Positions 21,451 to 31,763 of a stretch of DNA of 64,000 bases are shown here, piece after piece. Under the pieces are notes generated by a model. It made no database searches. It was given only the letters and a program-made list of their open reading frames with translations, and was not told the DNA's origin. Each line of letters opens with the position of its first letter. Positions within the stretch are counted from its first letter, which is position 1. Origin of the DNA: an uncultured Pelagibacteraceae bacterium (GTDB lineage Bacteria; Pseudomonadota; Alphaproteobacteria; Pelagibacterales; Pelagibacteraceae). The translations under genes were made by a program, and so were the position numbers. The stretch spans positions 19,816-83,815 of the forward strand of contig CACHQZ010000003.1 of assembly GCA_902582165.1 (NCBI GenBank), read 5' to 3'.

Positions 21451-22314
21451 ATGAACAAAATTTATCAATTACCTGGTTATATTTTGGTTTCTTTTGGTGG
21501 ATTTTGCTTAAGTTGGGGTGGTTATATAATAAGACTATTTGAATCTGCTTCTATTTGGCAAATTCTTTTTTTAAGATCTTTTTTCTTTGTGCTTGGTTTA
21601 ATTTTTTTTTTGATCCTTACTTATAAAAAAGATACATTTAAAATTTTTAAATCTTCAGGTTATCCAGCATTGTTTGGAGGATTCGTTCTATCTTTTAGTT
21701 TTATATCATTTGTAGTTGCAATGAGTAATACTAGTGTTGCTAATGTTGTCTTTATAATAAGTACTCAGACAATGTTTCTGGCAATATTCGGTTTTTTTTA
21801 TTTAAAAGAAAAAGTTTCGTTTATTGGTTGCTTATCAATCTTCTTAGCTATGAGCGGGATTTTAGTTATGGTAGGGGACTCAATATCAAGTGGATCTTTA
21901 TTTGGTAATTTAGTTGCTTTAGCGATACCAATTAATTTTTCAATTTTAGTTATGATAATAAGAAAATATAAAAATATTGATATGATTCCCGCTGTATTTT
22001 ACTCAGGCATATTCAGTTGTTTATATGGATTAGTTTTATCAGAATCATTCATATTTTCTACTCACGACATATTGATGGGTTTTTTTCTTGGAGTTCCACA
22101 GCTTGCACTAGGATTTATATGCATAACTATCGGATCTAGAACAACACCATCAGTCACTATTGGTTTGCTAATGTTATCTGAAACAATATTTGCTCCTATT
22201 TGGGTTTGGATATTCTTAAATGAGGTGCCACCTATAAGTGTGTTCATAGGAGGAATTATTATTATATTTGCAATAGTATTGAAGAGTTTTGATAAAAAAC
22301 ATAGCAAGACTTGA
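21451..22314 (+). CDS. DMT/EamA family transporter
   Basis: About ten TMs; FFYLKEKV and WIFLNEVP repeat ends. Confidence 0.85.
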   Translation: MNKIYQLPGYILVSFGGFCLSWGGYIIRLFESASIWQILFLRSFFFVLGLIFFLILTYKKDTFKIFKSSGYPALFGGFVLSFSFISFVVAMSNTSVANVVFIISTQTMFLAIFGFFYLKEKVSFIGCLSIFLAMSGILVMVGDSISSGSLFGNLVALAIPINFSILVMIIRKYKNIDMIPAVFYSGIFSCLYGLVLSESFIFSTHDILMGFFLGVPQLALGFICITIGSRTTPSVTIGLLMLSETIFAPIWVWIFLNEVPPISVFIGGIIIIFAIVLKSFDKKHSKT

Positions 22315-22360
22315 ATAATTTGCATTTGACTTTTTACTGTATTTAGAGGAGAGTCCTCTA

Positions 22361-22504
22361 CGTAACGGGAGAGACCATTTAGGCGCCGAAGGAGCAACCA
22401 CCCCGGAAACTCTCAGGCAAAAGGACCGTTACCGTAATAACTCTGGAAAGCAGGCGAAAGCCTCACCGAAGGATTAAATCTCTCAGGTACATAGACAGAT
22501 GGGG
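22361..22504 (+). ncRNA. Tandem glycine riboswitch
   Basis: Aptamer 1: GTAACGG-GAGAGA..GCCGAAGGAG..CTCTCAGGCAAAAGGA-CCGTTAC. Aptamer 2: CTCTGGAAAG..CACCGAAGG..TCTCTCAGGT..GACAGA. Directly upstream of gcvT. Confidence 0.95.
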
Positions 22505-22523
22505 TTAGATAATAAGAGTTATT

Positions 22524-23618
22524 ATGGAAGTACAAAAAACAGCTTTATACAATTATCATAAAAATTTAGGAGCAAAGTTTGTTCCGTTTGCTGGCTATGA
22601 AATGCCTATTCAATATAAAGATGGTATTGTTAAAGAACACATTTCTACAAGAACACACGCTGGATTTTTTGATGTGTCACATATGGGGCAATTTTTTTTA
22701 GAAGGGGATGAAACATTAATAGAATCATTAGAGAAAATTATACCAGCAGATTTAAAAAATTTGAAAATTAATCATTCAAAGTATTCTTTTTTACTTAATA
22801 ATGAAGGTGGAATAATTGATGATTTAATTATTACGAGAACAGAAAAAGGTTTTTGTATAATCTTAAACGCAGCTTGTAAGGAAAATGATATAAAACAAAT
22901 TTCTCAATTTTTAAAAAAACATCATAAACATCTTTTAAACAACGATTTATCTTTAATAGCATTACAAGGACCTAAATCTGTAGAGATTTTAGAAAAATTA
23001 ATTCCAGGCGTTGCTAATTTAAAATTTATGACAGGAAACAATTTTGAGTACGAAGGTGATAATCTATATGTAACAAGATCTGGATATACAGGTGAAGATG
23101 GTTTTGAAATCTCAATTTCAAACACAAAAGTTGAAAAGCTTATCGATTACTTAATTTCAAATGAAGTCAAACCGATAGGTTTAGGAGCTAGAGATACATT
23201 AAGATTAGAGGCAGGTCTGTGTTTATATGGTCATGATTTAAATGAAAAAATAAATCCAGTAGAGGCTAATTTAAAATGGGCTATAGCAAAAAAAAGAAAA
23301 GAAGTTGGCGGCTTTAATGGATGGGAAAAAATAAAAAATTTATTAGCAAAGGGAAGTGAAAAAATTAGAGTTGGTATAAAGCCAGATGGAAAAGTTATAG
23401 CTAGAGAAAATACGAAAATCTTTTCGTCAGATAATAATGAAATAGGATTCGTTACTAGCGGTACTTTTGGCCCGAGTGTGAACGCTCCAGTTGCAATGGG
23501 ATATGTTAAATCAGAATTTTCTGAAGTAGGTACATCTATTCAGCTTGAAGTAAGAGGAAAAAAATATGGGGGTAAGATTTCTGAACTTCCATTTTATAAA
23601 AAAAGTTATGTTAAATAA
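22524..23618 (+). CDS. gcvT: Glycine cleavage T protein
   Basis: FAGYEMP, FDVSHMG, RSGYTGEDGFE, GLGARDTLRLEAG. Confidence 0.97.
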   Translation: MEVQKTALYNYHKNLGAKFVPFAGYEMPIQYKDGIVKEHISTRTHAGFFDVSHMGQFFLEGDETLIESLEKIIPADLKNLKINHSKYSFLLNNEGGIIDDLIITRTEKGFCIILNAACKENDIKQISQFLKKHHKHLLNNDLSLIALQGPKSVEILEKLIPGVANLKFMTGNNFEYEGDNLYVTRSGYTGEDGFEISISNTKVEKLIDYLISNEVKPIGLGARDTLRLEAGLCLYGHDLNEKINPVEANLKWAIAKKRKEVGGFNGWEKIKNLLAKGSEKIRVGIKPDGKVIARENTKIFSSDNNEIGFVTSGTFGPSVNAPVAMGYVKSEFSEVGTSIQLEVRGKKYGGKISELPFYKKSYVK

Positions 23619-23630
23619 GGGGAAACAAAT

Positions 23631-24011
23631 ATGAGTGAAAAAAAATTTTCTAAAAAACATGAATGGGTTTCACTAGATGGAGACGTTGCTACAGTAGGAA
23701 TAACTAAGCATGCAACAGAAATGCTCGGTGACATTGTTTTTGTGGAGGTTCCTGATGCAGGTAAAGCTGTAGAAAAAGAAGGTCAAGCAGCTGTTGTAGA
23801 GTCTACTAAAGCCGCGAGTGACGTTTACTCTCCTATTTCTGGAGAAATTACTGAAGGAAATAAAGTAATTGCAGATGACCCTGGTAGTGTTAATACAGAC
23901 CCAGAGGGTGCAAGCTGGTTTTTTAAGTTAAAAATAAAGGATAAAAGCGAGTATGACTCGCTAATGTCAAAAGACGAATATGATAAATTTTGTAAGGAGA
24001 ACCCAAGTTAA
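23631..24011 (+). CDS. gcvH: Glycine cleavage H protein
   Basis: HEWV, LGDIVFV, lipoyl site VESTKAASD. Confidence 0.97.
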   Translation: MSEKKFSKKHEWVSLDGDVATVGITKHATEMLGDIVFVEVPDAGKAVEKEGQAAVVESTKAASDVYSPISGEITEGNKVIADDPGSVNTDPEGASWFFKLKIKDKSEYDSLMSKDEYDKFCKENPS

Positions 24012-26879
24012 ATGATTGACGATAATTCAAAAGAATTTATTAAAAGACATATTGGTCCTTCTGATGAAGATCAGTCCAAAATGTTGCAATATGTTGGTTA
24101 TAAGACTCTTGAGGACCTAATGAGTAATACTGTGCCAGAAAAAATCTTATTAAAAGATGATCTCAAAATTGGCCAGCCAATGTCAGAAAATGATGCTTTA
24201 AAAAAATTAAAATCTATATCTAAAAAAAATAAAATCTTTAAAAACTTTATTGGAATGGGATACTATAATTCTATTACACCTAATGTAATTCTTAGAAATA
24301 TACTAGAAAATCCAGGATGGTATACATCTTATACACCTTACCAACCTGAAGTGGCGCAAGGTCGCTTAGAAATGCTTTTGAATTTTCAACAATCAATAAT
24401 TGACTTAACAGGTATGGATATTGCAAATGCTTCTCTATTGGATGAAGCAACAGCAACTGCAGAGGCAGTAGGTTTAAGCCAGAGATTAGATAAGACTAAT
24501 TCAAAAAAAATATTTATTTCAAGTAATTGTAATCCTCAAACAATTGATCTTATAAAGACAAGAACCAACCCCTTTGGTTTAGAATTGATTATTGGTGATG
24601 AAAAAAAAGAACTTACAAAGATTAATGAAGATATTATTTGTGGAGTTTTAGCTTACCCAGGAACTTTAGGCGAGATAAATGATCCTAGTGAAAGTATAAG
24701 TCAAATACACAAAAAAAATGGAAAAGCTATTTTGGTTTGTGATTTATTGGCTTTAGCCAGATTAAAAACTCCAGCAGAACTTGGCGCCGACATCGCTGTT
24801 GGTAGTGCTCAAAGGTTTGGTATTCCAATGGGGTATGGCGGACCTCATGCTGCATTTTTCGCTACAAAGGAAGAATTTAAAAGATCAATGCCAGGAAGAA
24901 TTATAGGTGTATCAAAAGACAGACATGGAAAAAAAGCTTACAGGCTCTCTTTGCAAACAAGAGAGCAACACATTAGAAGAGATAAAGCAACAAGCAATAT
25001 TTGCACTGCTCAAGCATTACTAGCCATCATTTCTGCTGCCTTTGCAATATATCATGGGCCTGAAGGAATACTTAAAATAGCGAATAGAACTTCTAAATTA
25101 GCTAAAATTTTTGCTGATAATATTAAAACAGGTGGTTTCAAGATTTTATCAGATCATTTCTTCGACACAGTTACAATTAAGACCAATGAAAAAACAAATC
25201 CTATTTATGAAGCTGCATTAAAAGAGAATATAAACCTTAGAAAAGTTGACAAAGATCATTTATCAGTTGCTTTTGATGAAGCAAAAAAGCTTGATGACGT
25301 TAATTTACTACTAAAGTTATTTGGAGTTTCTAAAATTATAAAACAAGATGTTAAGGTTGAACTAGATAATCTTCCAAAAAATCTTTTAAGAACTTCAAAA
25401 TACTTAACTCATCCAGTTTTTAACAAATATCATTCTGAAACTGAGATGCTAAGATATCTCAAGAAACTAGAAGATTGTGATATTGCACTTAACAGATCAA
25501 TGATTGCTTTAGGATCTTGTACAATGAAACTCAATGCAACAGCAGAATTAATTCCTATTACCTGGAAAGAGTTTTCACTTCCACATCCTTTTGTTCCTAC
25601 AAATCAAATGGAGGGTTATAAGATACTTTTTAATGATCTAATAAACGATCTTAAAGAAATTACTGGATATGACGCAGTTTCTTTACAGCCTAACTCTGGG
25701 GCTCAAGGAGAATATGCAGGTCTAATGACTATAAGAAAATTCCATAAAAATAATAAACAAGAAAATCGTAACGTCTGTCTAATTCCAGACTCAGCTCATG
25801 GAACAAATCCAGCGAGTGCCCAAATGTGTGGGATGAAAGTGGTTGTAGTTAATTGTGACGACGATGGAAACGTGGATATAGATGACCTTAAAAACAAAGC
25901 TGAAAAACATTCAAAAGATTTAGCTGCTTTAATGGTAACTTATCCTTCTACTCATGGAGTATTTGAGGAAAAAATCATGGATATTTGTGAAGTTATTCAT
26001 AAGCACGGTGGACAAGTTTATATGGACGGAGCAAATCTAAATGCGCTTGTAGGTGTTGCAAAACCAGGGAAATTTGGACCGGATGTTTGTCATATTAATT
26101 TACATAAAACATTTTGTATACCTCACGGTGGAGGCGGACCAGGAATGGGTCCAATCGCTTGCGCTAAGCACTTAGCAGATTTTTTACCAACGCACGAAAT
26201 AATTAAAGAAGCCGGCCCAAAGAACGGAATGGGAGCTGTATCAGCTGCTCCTTGGGGTAGTTCAAGCATACTGCCAATATCTTGGATGTATATAAAGATG
26301 ATGGGAGCTGAAGGATTGAAAAAAGCTTCACAAGTTTCAATTTTAAATGCAAACTACATCTCAAAAAAATTATCTAAAGATTATAAAGTTCTTTATACTG
26401 GTAAAAATGGAAATGTCGCGCATGAATGCATAATTGATATCCGACCAATAAAAGCAAGTTCAGGAGTCTCTGAGGAAGATTTAGCAAAAAGGCTAATTGA
26501 CTTTGGCTACCATGCTCCAACAATGTCATGGCCTGTTGCTGGTACAATCATGATTGAGCCAACTGAAAGTGAAAATTTAGAGGAGATCGATAAATTTTGC
26601 AATGCACTTATAAAAATTAAAAAAGAAATTAATTTAGTAGAGTCATCAAAGTTTGACAAAATAGATAATCCGCTGAAAAATGCACCTCATACTTATGTCG
26701 AATTAGCCTCCAGCGAGTGGAAGCATGCTTACTCAAGAGAAGAAGCAGCTTTTCCAACTGAGTATGTAAAAAATAATAAATATTGGGCACCAGTTGCAAG
26801 AGTAGATAACGTTTTTGGAGATAGAAATTTAGTATGTTCATGTCCTTCAATGGATGAATATAAAGATGAAGCTGCTTAA
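24012..26879 (+). CDS. gcvP: Glycine dehydrogenase (P protein, single chain)
   Basis: YTPYQPE, ATSNICTAQ, NLHKTFCIPHGGGGPG. Confidence 0.97.
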   Translation: MIDDNSKEFIKRHIGPSDEDQSKMLQYVGYKTLEDLMSNTVPEKILLKDDLKIGQPMSENDALKKLKSISKKNKIFKNFIGMGYYNSITPNVILRNILENPGWYTSYTPYQPEVAQGRLEMLLNFQQSIIDLTGMDIANASLLDEATATAEAVGLSQRLDKTNSKKIFISSNCNPQTIDLIKTRTNPFGLELIIGDEKKELTKINEDIICGVLAYPGTLGEINDPSESISQIHKKNGKAILVCDLLALARLKTPAELGADIAVGSAQRFGIPMGYGGPHAAFFATKEEFKRSMPGRIIGVSKDRHGKKAYRLSLQTREQHIRRDKATSNICTAQALLAIISAAFAIYHGPEGILKIANRTSKLAKIFADNIKTGGFKILSDHFFDTVTIKTNEKTNPIYEAALKENINLRKVDKDHLSVAFDEAKKLDDVNLLLKLFGVSKIIKQDVKVELDNLPKNLLRTSKYLTHPVFNKYHSETEMLRYLKKLEDCDIALNRSMIALGSCTMKLNATAELIPITWKEFSLPHPFVPTNQMEGYKILFNDLINDLKEITGYDAVSLQPNSGAQGEYAGLMTIRKFHKNNKQENRNVCLIPDSAHGTNPASAQMCGMKVVVVNCDDDGNVDIDDLKNKAEKHSKDLAALMVTYPSTHGVFEEKIMDICEVIHKHGGQVYMDGANLNALVGVAKPGKFGPDVCHINLHKTFCIPHGGGGPGMGPIACAKHLADFLPTHEIIKEAGPKNGMGAVSAAPWGSSSILPISWMYIKMMGAEGLKKASQVSILNANYISKKLSKDYKVLYTGKNGNVAHECIIDIRPIKASSGVSEEDLAKRLIDFGYHAPTMSWPVAGTIMIEPTESENLEEIDKFCNALIKIKKEINLVESSKFDKIDNPLKNAPHTYVELASSEWKHAYSREEAAFPTEYVKNNKYWAPVARVDNVFGDRNLVCSCPSMDEYKDEAA

Positions 26880-26888
26880 CTTTTTTTA

Positions 26889-28115
26889 ATGAAAATTGCT
26901 GTTATCGGCTCAGGTATCTCAGGATTATCTTCCGCATATTTTCTCTCAAAAAAATATATAGTTGATCTATACGAAAAGGACGATCACTTTGGGGGCCATT
27001 CTTTCACCTATGATATTAAAGAAGATAATAAGATTATTCCAGTAGATCTGGGCTTTATTGTTTTTAATAAAGTAACCTATCCAAATTTAGTAAATTTTTT
27101 TAATGAATTAAAAGTTCCTTATGAAAAAAGCGACATGTCATTTTCTGTATCAATTAAGAATAGTAATGTTGAATATAGCGGAAATGGTTTAGGAGGTATT
27201 TTTGCGAATAAATTAAATTTTTTTAATTTTAAATTTTTATATATGATTAAAGAGATAATTTCATTTTATAAAACTGCTCCAAAATTACTTGAAAGTAAGA
27301 TTAAAGAGGAAACTCTAGGAAATTTTCTTAATAAAAAAAAGTTGTCAAAATACTTCATCGACTATCACTTAATTCCCATGGTTGCTGCTATCTGGTCAAT
27401 GCCATTTAATAAAGCAAAGGAAATGCCATTAAAATTTTTTTTAAATTTTTTTAGTAACCATGGTTTATTTAAATTTAAAAATAGACCACAATGGTTCACA
27501 GTTTCAAATAGAAGTAGAGCTTATGTAAAAAAAGTAACAGATAAAGTAAGCGGAGAAATTTTTAAAAATTATAAAGTGGATAAGTTAATTAGAAGCGATG
27601 ACAATATCAGGTTAATTATTGGCAATGAATATGTTGACTATGATCAAGTAGTACTAGCTTCTCATGCAGATCAAAGTTTAAAAATGATAGAAAAACCAAC
27701 AGAACAAGAAAAAAAAATATTGGAAAAATTTAATTACGTGAAGAATGAGGCTTATTTACACTCTGATAAGAGATTAATGCCTTACAAAAAAAGAGCATGG
27801 TCAAGTTGGAATTCTGTTTCAGACGGCGAAAAGACATGCATTACCTATTGGTTAAATAAACTACAAAATTTAGATACATCTAAAGACTATTTTTTAACTT
27901 TAAACCCTATTTGTAAAATTAATGAAAATTCTGTTATAAAAAAAATTAACTTTACCCACCCATATTTGAATTCAAAGAATACCGCGCTTCAAAAAGATCT
28001 AAGATTAATACAAGGAAAAAAAAGGACTTGGTTTTGTGGAAGTTATTTTGGTTACGGATTTCATGAAGATGGATTAAAATCGTCTATAGATTTAATAAAT
28101 AATTTTAAAATTTGA
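26889..28115 (+). CDS. FAD-dependent oxidoreductase, UfaD-like fatty acid desaturase family
   Basis: IGSGISGL, VDLGFIVFN..TYPN, SDMSFS, FCGSYFGYGFHEDG; precedes DUF1365 and a cfa-like gene. Confidence 0.8.
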   Translation: MKIAVIGSGISGLSSAYFLSKKYIVDLYEKDDHFGGHSFTYDIKEDNKIIPVDLGFIVFNKVTYPNLVNFFNELKVPYEKSDMSFSVSIKNSNVEYSGNGLGGIFANKLNFFNFKFLYMIKEIISFYKTAPKLLESKIKEETLGNFLNKKKLSKYFIDYHLIPMVAAIWSMPFNKAKEMPLKFFLNFFSNHGLFKFKNRPQWFTVSNRSRAYVKKVTDKVSGEIFKNYKVDKLIRSDDNIRLIIGNEYVDYDQVVLASHADQSLKMIEKPTEQEKKILEKFNYVKNEAYLHSDKRLMPYKKRAWSSWNSVSDGEKTCITYWLNKLQNLDTSKDYFLTLNPICKINENSVIKKINFTHPYLNSKNTALQKDLRLIQGKKRTWFCGSYFGYGFHEDGLKSSIDLINNFKI

Positions 28116-28873
28116 TGAACTCCTGCATTTACAATGGCGAAGTAACTCATACAAGATTTAAACCTGTAAGACATTTTTTAAAATATAAGACTTTTTCATT
28201 ATTAATTGATTTAGATGAAATCAATCAATTAGACAGATCAATAAATATTTTCTCTCATAATAAGTTTAATATTTTCAGTTTTTATGACAAAGATCATGGA
28301 GAACGTGACGGAAGTAACTTGAAAGATTGGGTGCTCACAAATATCAAAAAGTTTAATATTGAAGTAAAAATTAATCGAATAAAAATACTTTGTTATCCAA
28401 GAATATTTGGGTACGTCTTTAATCCTTTAAGTATTTTTTACTGTTATGAAGAAAATGAATTAAAAGCAATTTTTTATGAAGTTAAAAACACTTTTAATGA
28501 ACAACATACGTATATTTTTAAAATTAAAGGGAATGAAGAAATATCACAAAAATGTAAAAAAAAATTTTATGTATCACCTTTTATGGATATGGAAACTTAT
28601 TACAATTTTAAATTATTTAATCCTAGTGAAAAGCTTTCAGTTTTTATTAAACAAACAGACACAGCAGGGACAATTTTAACAGCAACTCAAACAGGAGAAA
28701 AAAAAGAATTTAGCTCTAAACAACTTATAAAAAATTTTTTTAAATATCCTTTTATGACAATTAAAATTATAACTTCGATACATTATGAAGCATTACTTTT
28801 ATGGAAAAAAGGAGCAATATACCGAAAAAGAGATATTAAAATTAAAAATAATCTAAGTTATGAGGAATATTAA
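28112..28873 (+). CDS. DUF1365 family protein (UfaO-like)
   Basis: GEVTHTR, PRIFGYVFNPLS, EVKNTF, KKFYVSPF, IHYEAL. Confidence 0.88.
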   Translation: MMNSCIYNGEVTHTRFKPVRHFLKYKTFSLLIDLDEINQLDRSINIFSHNKFNIFSFYDKDHGERDGSNLKDWVLTNIKKFNIEVKINRIKILCYPRIFGYVFNPLSIFYCYEENELKAIFYEVKNTFNEQHTYIFKIKGNEEISQKCKKKFYVSPFMDMETYYNFKLFNPSEKLSVFIKQTDTAGTILTATQTGEKKEFSSKQLIKNFFKYPFMTIKIITSIHYEALLLWKKGAIYRKRDIKIKNNLSYEEY

Positions 28874-30054
28874 TGAGTTTAATTAAATTTTCAGAAAAAT
28901 TTGTCTTAAACAAATTAAAAAGCGTCTCTCAGGGAAATTTAAAACTAATTAATTATGACGGAAAAGTTTTTCATTTTGGCGATTTAGAAAGCAAATTATC
29001 TTCAGATATAAAAATAAATAATCCCCGTTTTTACTTTAATGTTGTAATGGGCGGAAGTTCAGCCTTAGGCGAAGCATATATGAAAAAAGATTTTTATACC
29101 TCAAATTTAACAGACTTAATTGAGCTTACTGCAATAAATATTAATACTATTTATTCTTTTTCTGGAAGTCTAAAATTACAAAAAATTAAAAATTTTATAA
29201 AAAAGATATTTGTATCAAATACCAAATCTAAAAGTATAAAATATATTTCAAAACACTATGATCTAGGTAATGATTTTTTTTCATTGTGGCTTGATAAAAC
29301 TCTAACTTATTCAAGTGCATTATACAAAGATGAAAAAGACAGTTTAGAAAAAGCTCAAAGAAATAAATTTCAAGAACTTATCAATTTATTAAAAATTAAA
29401 GAGGGTAATAAGGTATTAGAGATAGGTTGTGGCTGGGGTGGTTTTGCTGAATACTTAGCAAAAAACTATGATGTCAGCGTTGACTGTATTACAATTTCAA
29501 AAAACCAATATGACTTCACCAAAAAGAAAATTTTCAATTCTGGATTAAACAATAAAGTAAATGTTAAGTTTTTAGATTATAGAGATCTAAAAGAAAAATA
29601 TGATCATATTGCTTCAATAGAAATGATCGAAGCTGTTGGTGAAAAATATATGGACCAATATTTTGGAACAATTAAAAAAGTTCTTAATAATAATGGCACT
29701 GTAGCTATTCAAGGAATTGTTATAAAAGATGAATTATTTGATAGATATAAAACAAATGAGGATTTTATTCAAAAATATATCTTTCCAGGTGGGTTTTTAC
29801 CCTCAATAAACTTTATTGAAAAACTTACAAAGAAAAATGATCTCAAGCTTGAGAAAATAAATACTTATTCTGACGATTACGCAAAAACATTAGCTGCTTG
29901 GAGACAAAACTTTATAGGTGTTTGGGACAAAATCAGTCCACTTGGATTCGACGATTATTTTAAACGTATGTGGGAATTTTATTTGTCTTATTGTGAGGGA
30001 GGTTTTAAGTCTAGAAACATTAACTTGATTCAATTCTTAATGTCTAATAGATAG
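28873..30054 (+). CDS. SAM-dependent fatty acyl methyltransferase (cfa/UfaM family)
   Basis: HYDLGNDFF, LEIGCGWGG, SIEMIEAVG, FIQKYIFPGG, WEFYLSYCE. Confidence 0.9.
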   Translation: MSLIKFSEKFVLNKLKSVSQGNLKLINYDGKVFHFGDLESKLSSDIKINNPRFYFNVVMGGSSALGEAYMKKDFYTSNLTDLIELTAININTIYSFSGSLKLQKIKNFIKKIFVSNTKSKSIKYISKHYDLGNDFFSLWLDKTLTYSSALYKDEKDSLEKAQRNKFQELINLLKIKEGNKVLEIGCGWGGFAEYLAKNYDVSVDCITISKNQYDFTKKKIFNSGLNNKVNVKFLDYRDLKEKYDHIASIEMIEAVGEKYMDQYFGTIKKVLNNNGTVAIQGIVIKDELFDRYKTNEDFIQKYIFPGGFLPSINFIEKLTKKNDLKLEKINTYSDDYAKTLAAWRQNFIGVWDKISPLGFDDYFKRMWEFYLSYCEGGFKSRNINLIQFLMSNR

Positions 30055-30058
30055 TCTC

Positions 30059-30583
30059 ATGAAAAAATTAATTGGATTTTTTTTATTTATTTTAATTACA
30101 GGATGTGCAAGCAAAATGAAACCAACAGATTTTAAAGATCAGAAACCAAGATTAGTAATAGAAAACTATTTATCAGGTAATGTAAAAGCCTGGGGGGTGC
30201 TACAGAATAGATCTGGGAAAGTCACTAGACAATTTAAAGCTGACTTAAATGGAAAATGGGATGGATCCAATTTAGTTTTAGATGAAGTATTTGATTGGAA
30301 TGACGGTGAAAGACAAACACGTCAATGGACAATAAAGAAAATAGACGAACATAATTATGAAGGAACAGCTTTAGATGTTGTTGGGATTGCAAAAGGATAC
30401 TCGTATGGTCCGGCTTTTAAATTTGAATATGTATTACTCGTTCCAGTTAAAGGCAAAAATATTAAAATTACTTTTGATGATTGGATTTTTATGCAAGACG
30501 AGCGTGTGGCAATAAATAGAGCCACAATGACCAAATTTGGAATAAAAGTTGCAGAATTAACTGTAATGTTTATAAAGGACTGA
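30059..30583 (+). CDS. DUF3833 lipoprotein
   Basis: Lipobox LITGC; FDDWIF; TMTKFG. Confidence 0.82.
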   Translation: MKKLIGFFLFILITGCASKMKPTDFKDQKPRLVIENYLSGNVKAWGVLQNRSGKVTRQFKADLNGKWDGSNLVLDEVFDWNDGERQTRQWTIKKIDEHNYEGTALDVVGIAKGYSYGPAFKFEYVLLVPVKGKNIKITFDDWIFMQDERVAINRATMTKFGIKVAELTVMFIKD

Positions 30584-30584
30584 T

Positions 30585-31169
30585 ATGTTTGAATTACCAA
30601 AATTAGATTATGCTAATGCGGCTTTATCGCCAATAATGTCAGAGCAAACTTTAGATTTACATCACGGAAAGCATCACCAAACCTATATAACAAATCTAAA
30701 TAATTTTATTAAGGGCACTGAATATGAAAAACTATCTTTAGAGGAAGTAATAATCAAATCCTCTAAAGAAAATAAAGCCGGAATATTTAATAATGCAAGT
30801 CAACATTGGAATCATAACCTTTTTTGGAAATGCATGAAGCCAAATGGTGGAGGCAAGCTACCATTAAAGCTTGAAAATAAGATTAAAAATGATTTCGGCA
30901 GTTTTGAAAAGTTCAGAGAGGAGTTTATAAAGGCTGGAACCACGCAATTTGGTTCTGGTTGGTGTTGGTTATCAATTAAAGACGGAAAACTAGTTGTAAC
31001 TAAAACTCCTAACGCTGAAAATCCTCTAGTTCATGGCATGAAACCGATATTGGGTTGTGATGTTTGGGAACACTCTTATTACTTAGACTACAAAAATAAA
31101 AGACCTGCTTACTTAGAAAATTTTTTCGATAAATTAATTAATTGGGAATTTGTAGATTCTAAACTATAG
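30585..31169 (+). CDS. sodB: Superoxide dismutase [Fe]
   Basis: HHGKHH, NNASQHWNH (Fe-type Gln), FGSGW, NAENP, DVWEHSYY. Confidence 0.92.
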   Translation: MFELPKLDYANAALSPIMSEQTLDLHHGKHHQTYITNLNNFIKGTEYEKLSLEEVIIKSSKENKAGIFNNASQHWNHNLFWKCMKPNGGGKLPLKLENKIKNDFGSFEKFREEFIKAGTTQFGSGWCWLSIKDGKLVVTKTPNAENPLVHGMKPILGCDVWEHSYYLDYKNKRPAYLENFFDKLINWEFVDSKL

Positions 31170-31180
31170 TATTTGAAATT

Positions 31181-31594
31181 TTATAGATCCCTCATTTTTC
31201 TTGCAAAAATGAAAGATCTAACACATTGTACTAAAAAATATAAACCAGTTATTAACATCATCACCTTTGAAGTATCTGCCCAAAAATTTTCAAACGCATA
31301 ACCTTTTAGAAAAAGCCTTATAACATCTATTCCACCCAGAAAAATAATTAGTCCAATTATTACAACAATATGCATAAATAACTTTTTCTTAGATGGGAAA
31401 CTAATAGCTAAATATGAAAAAATGATTAAAGGCAAACCTAGAAAAGTTGGAATATAAGATGTTATTGATGAACTTCCACTAATAAAACTAATTATAATAC
31501 CCCACGCAACTAAAAATAAGCCATAATAAAGAGAAAATTTTTCAACTGTTAGATTTAAAACTTTGAATTCTTTATTTAAGTTTTCATTTTCCAT
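31181..31594 (-). CDS. Hypothetical four-TM membrane protein
   Basis: 137-aa hydrophobic ORF with TSYIP, FMHI and RSFI.AR motifs. Confidence 0.7.
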   Translation of the reverse strand: MENENLNKEFKVLNLTVEKFSLYYGLFLVAWGIIISFISGSSSITSYIPTFLGLPLIIFSYLAISFPSKKKLFMHIVVIIGLIIFLGGIDVIRLFLKGYAFENFWADTSKVMMLITGLYFLVQCVRSFIFARKMRDL

Positions 31595-31711
31595 TTAAAA
31601 AAAATTACCTATTTTTAAAGTTGCTGCAAGAATTAGAAAAAGCCATAATAATCCTTTAATCAAAAAAAAGTAAAATCCTCCAACAAGAATGTTTTTATAG
31701 ATTTTTTTCAT
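31595..31711 (-). CDS. 38-aa single-TM protein MKKIYKNILVGGFYFFLIKGLLWLFLILAATLKIGNFF
   Basis: Manual translation. Its stop abuts the ATG of the next gene (TAAATG); it fills an otherwise empty gap. Confidence 0.65.
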   Translation of the reverse strand: MKKIYKNILVGGFYFFLIKGLLWLFLILAATLKIGNFF

Positions 31712-31763
31712 ATACTATAATACAAAATTTTAAACTAATAGTTTAAGACTTTTTGTCTCAAAT

